A stretch of 64,000 bases of DNA. Source: an uncultured Lachnospiraceae bacterium (GTDB taxonomy: Bacteria > Bacillota > Clostridia > Lachnospirales > Lachnospiraceae). The stretch spans positions 2,097 through 66,096 of the forward strand of contig CADCII010000020.1 of assembly GCA_902801515.1 (NCBI GenBank). Reading direction: 5' to 3'. Each line of letters starts with the position of its first letter. Position 1 is the stretch's first letter. Below the pieces are notes generated by a model. It was given only the letters and a program-made list of their open reading frames with translations, searched no databases and was not told where the DNA came from. This document shows positions 63,907 to 64,000 of this stretch, one piece after another. Position numbers and translations under genes: made by a program.

Positions 63907-64000
63907 GTGGGAGAAGAGAAAGAGAAGAGACAGATAACCGGCATCATTCACGCGGTCTGTGTGAGTGACCGGAAGGGAACAGGAAAAACGCCGGTCAGCG
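63907..64000 (+). CDS. MOSC-domain protein (N-terminal fragment; runs off the right edge)
   Basis: My own translation gives (M)GEEKEKRQITGIIHAVCVSDRKGTGKTPVS, which resembles MOSC N-termini such as GKV.AICIS.KKGT.K. The GTG at 63907 is preceded by GAAGGAG. An in-frame ATG at 63886 is an alternative start. Confidence 0.5.
   Translation, partial: MGEEKEKRQITGIIHAVCVSDRKGTGKTPVS

Overview
The window is a chromosomal segment of about 55% GC. Gene content suggests a strictly anaerobic Clostridia bacterium, probably a Lachnospiraceae-like gut organism; that placement is inferred from gene content only. Coding density is high and about 55 protein genes can be supported. I recognised no rRNA, tRNA, CRISPR array or prophage. 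From left to right the window contains: a feoA fragment with a Fur-like box; a polytopic LuxR regulator divergent from a 1,633-aa FN3/Big_2/LRR surface protein; a tightly coupled six-gene operon of mixed function; an orphan PD-(D/E)xK nuclease plus P-loop NTPase gene; an intact IS3-family element; a small DNA-repair neighbourhood; a butyryl-CoA:acetate CoA-transferase-like gene; a Na/Pi transporter; a two-component system; a putative C-glycoside deglycosidase cluster; a P-type ATPase; a glycoside-utilisation locus that includes an AraC regulator fused to a catalytically dead GH39 domain; glmS; an operon of a BrxD-like (DUF2791) ATPase and an Lhr-like helicase; udp-cdd-deoC; putP; and moaA. The strongest candidates for something new are four. 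First, the orphan BrxD-like ATPase plus Lhr-like helicase pair, with no other BREX genes in the window. Second, a dispersed 25-nt palindromic REP-like repeat family (consensus TGAACAAGTGCCTGTCACTTGTTCA), with at least 11 copies at 5 loci, including inverted arrays that bracket one gene and a REPIN-like doublet in the glmS leader. Third, the AraC-GH39 pseudoenzyme sensor. Fourth, the nuclease-NTPase single gene. All functional calls rest on motifs I could read in the translations. No database search was run.
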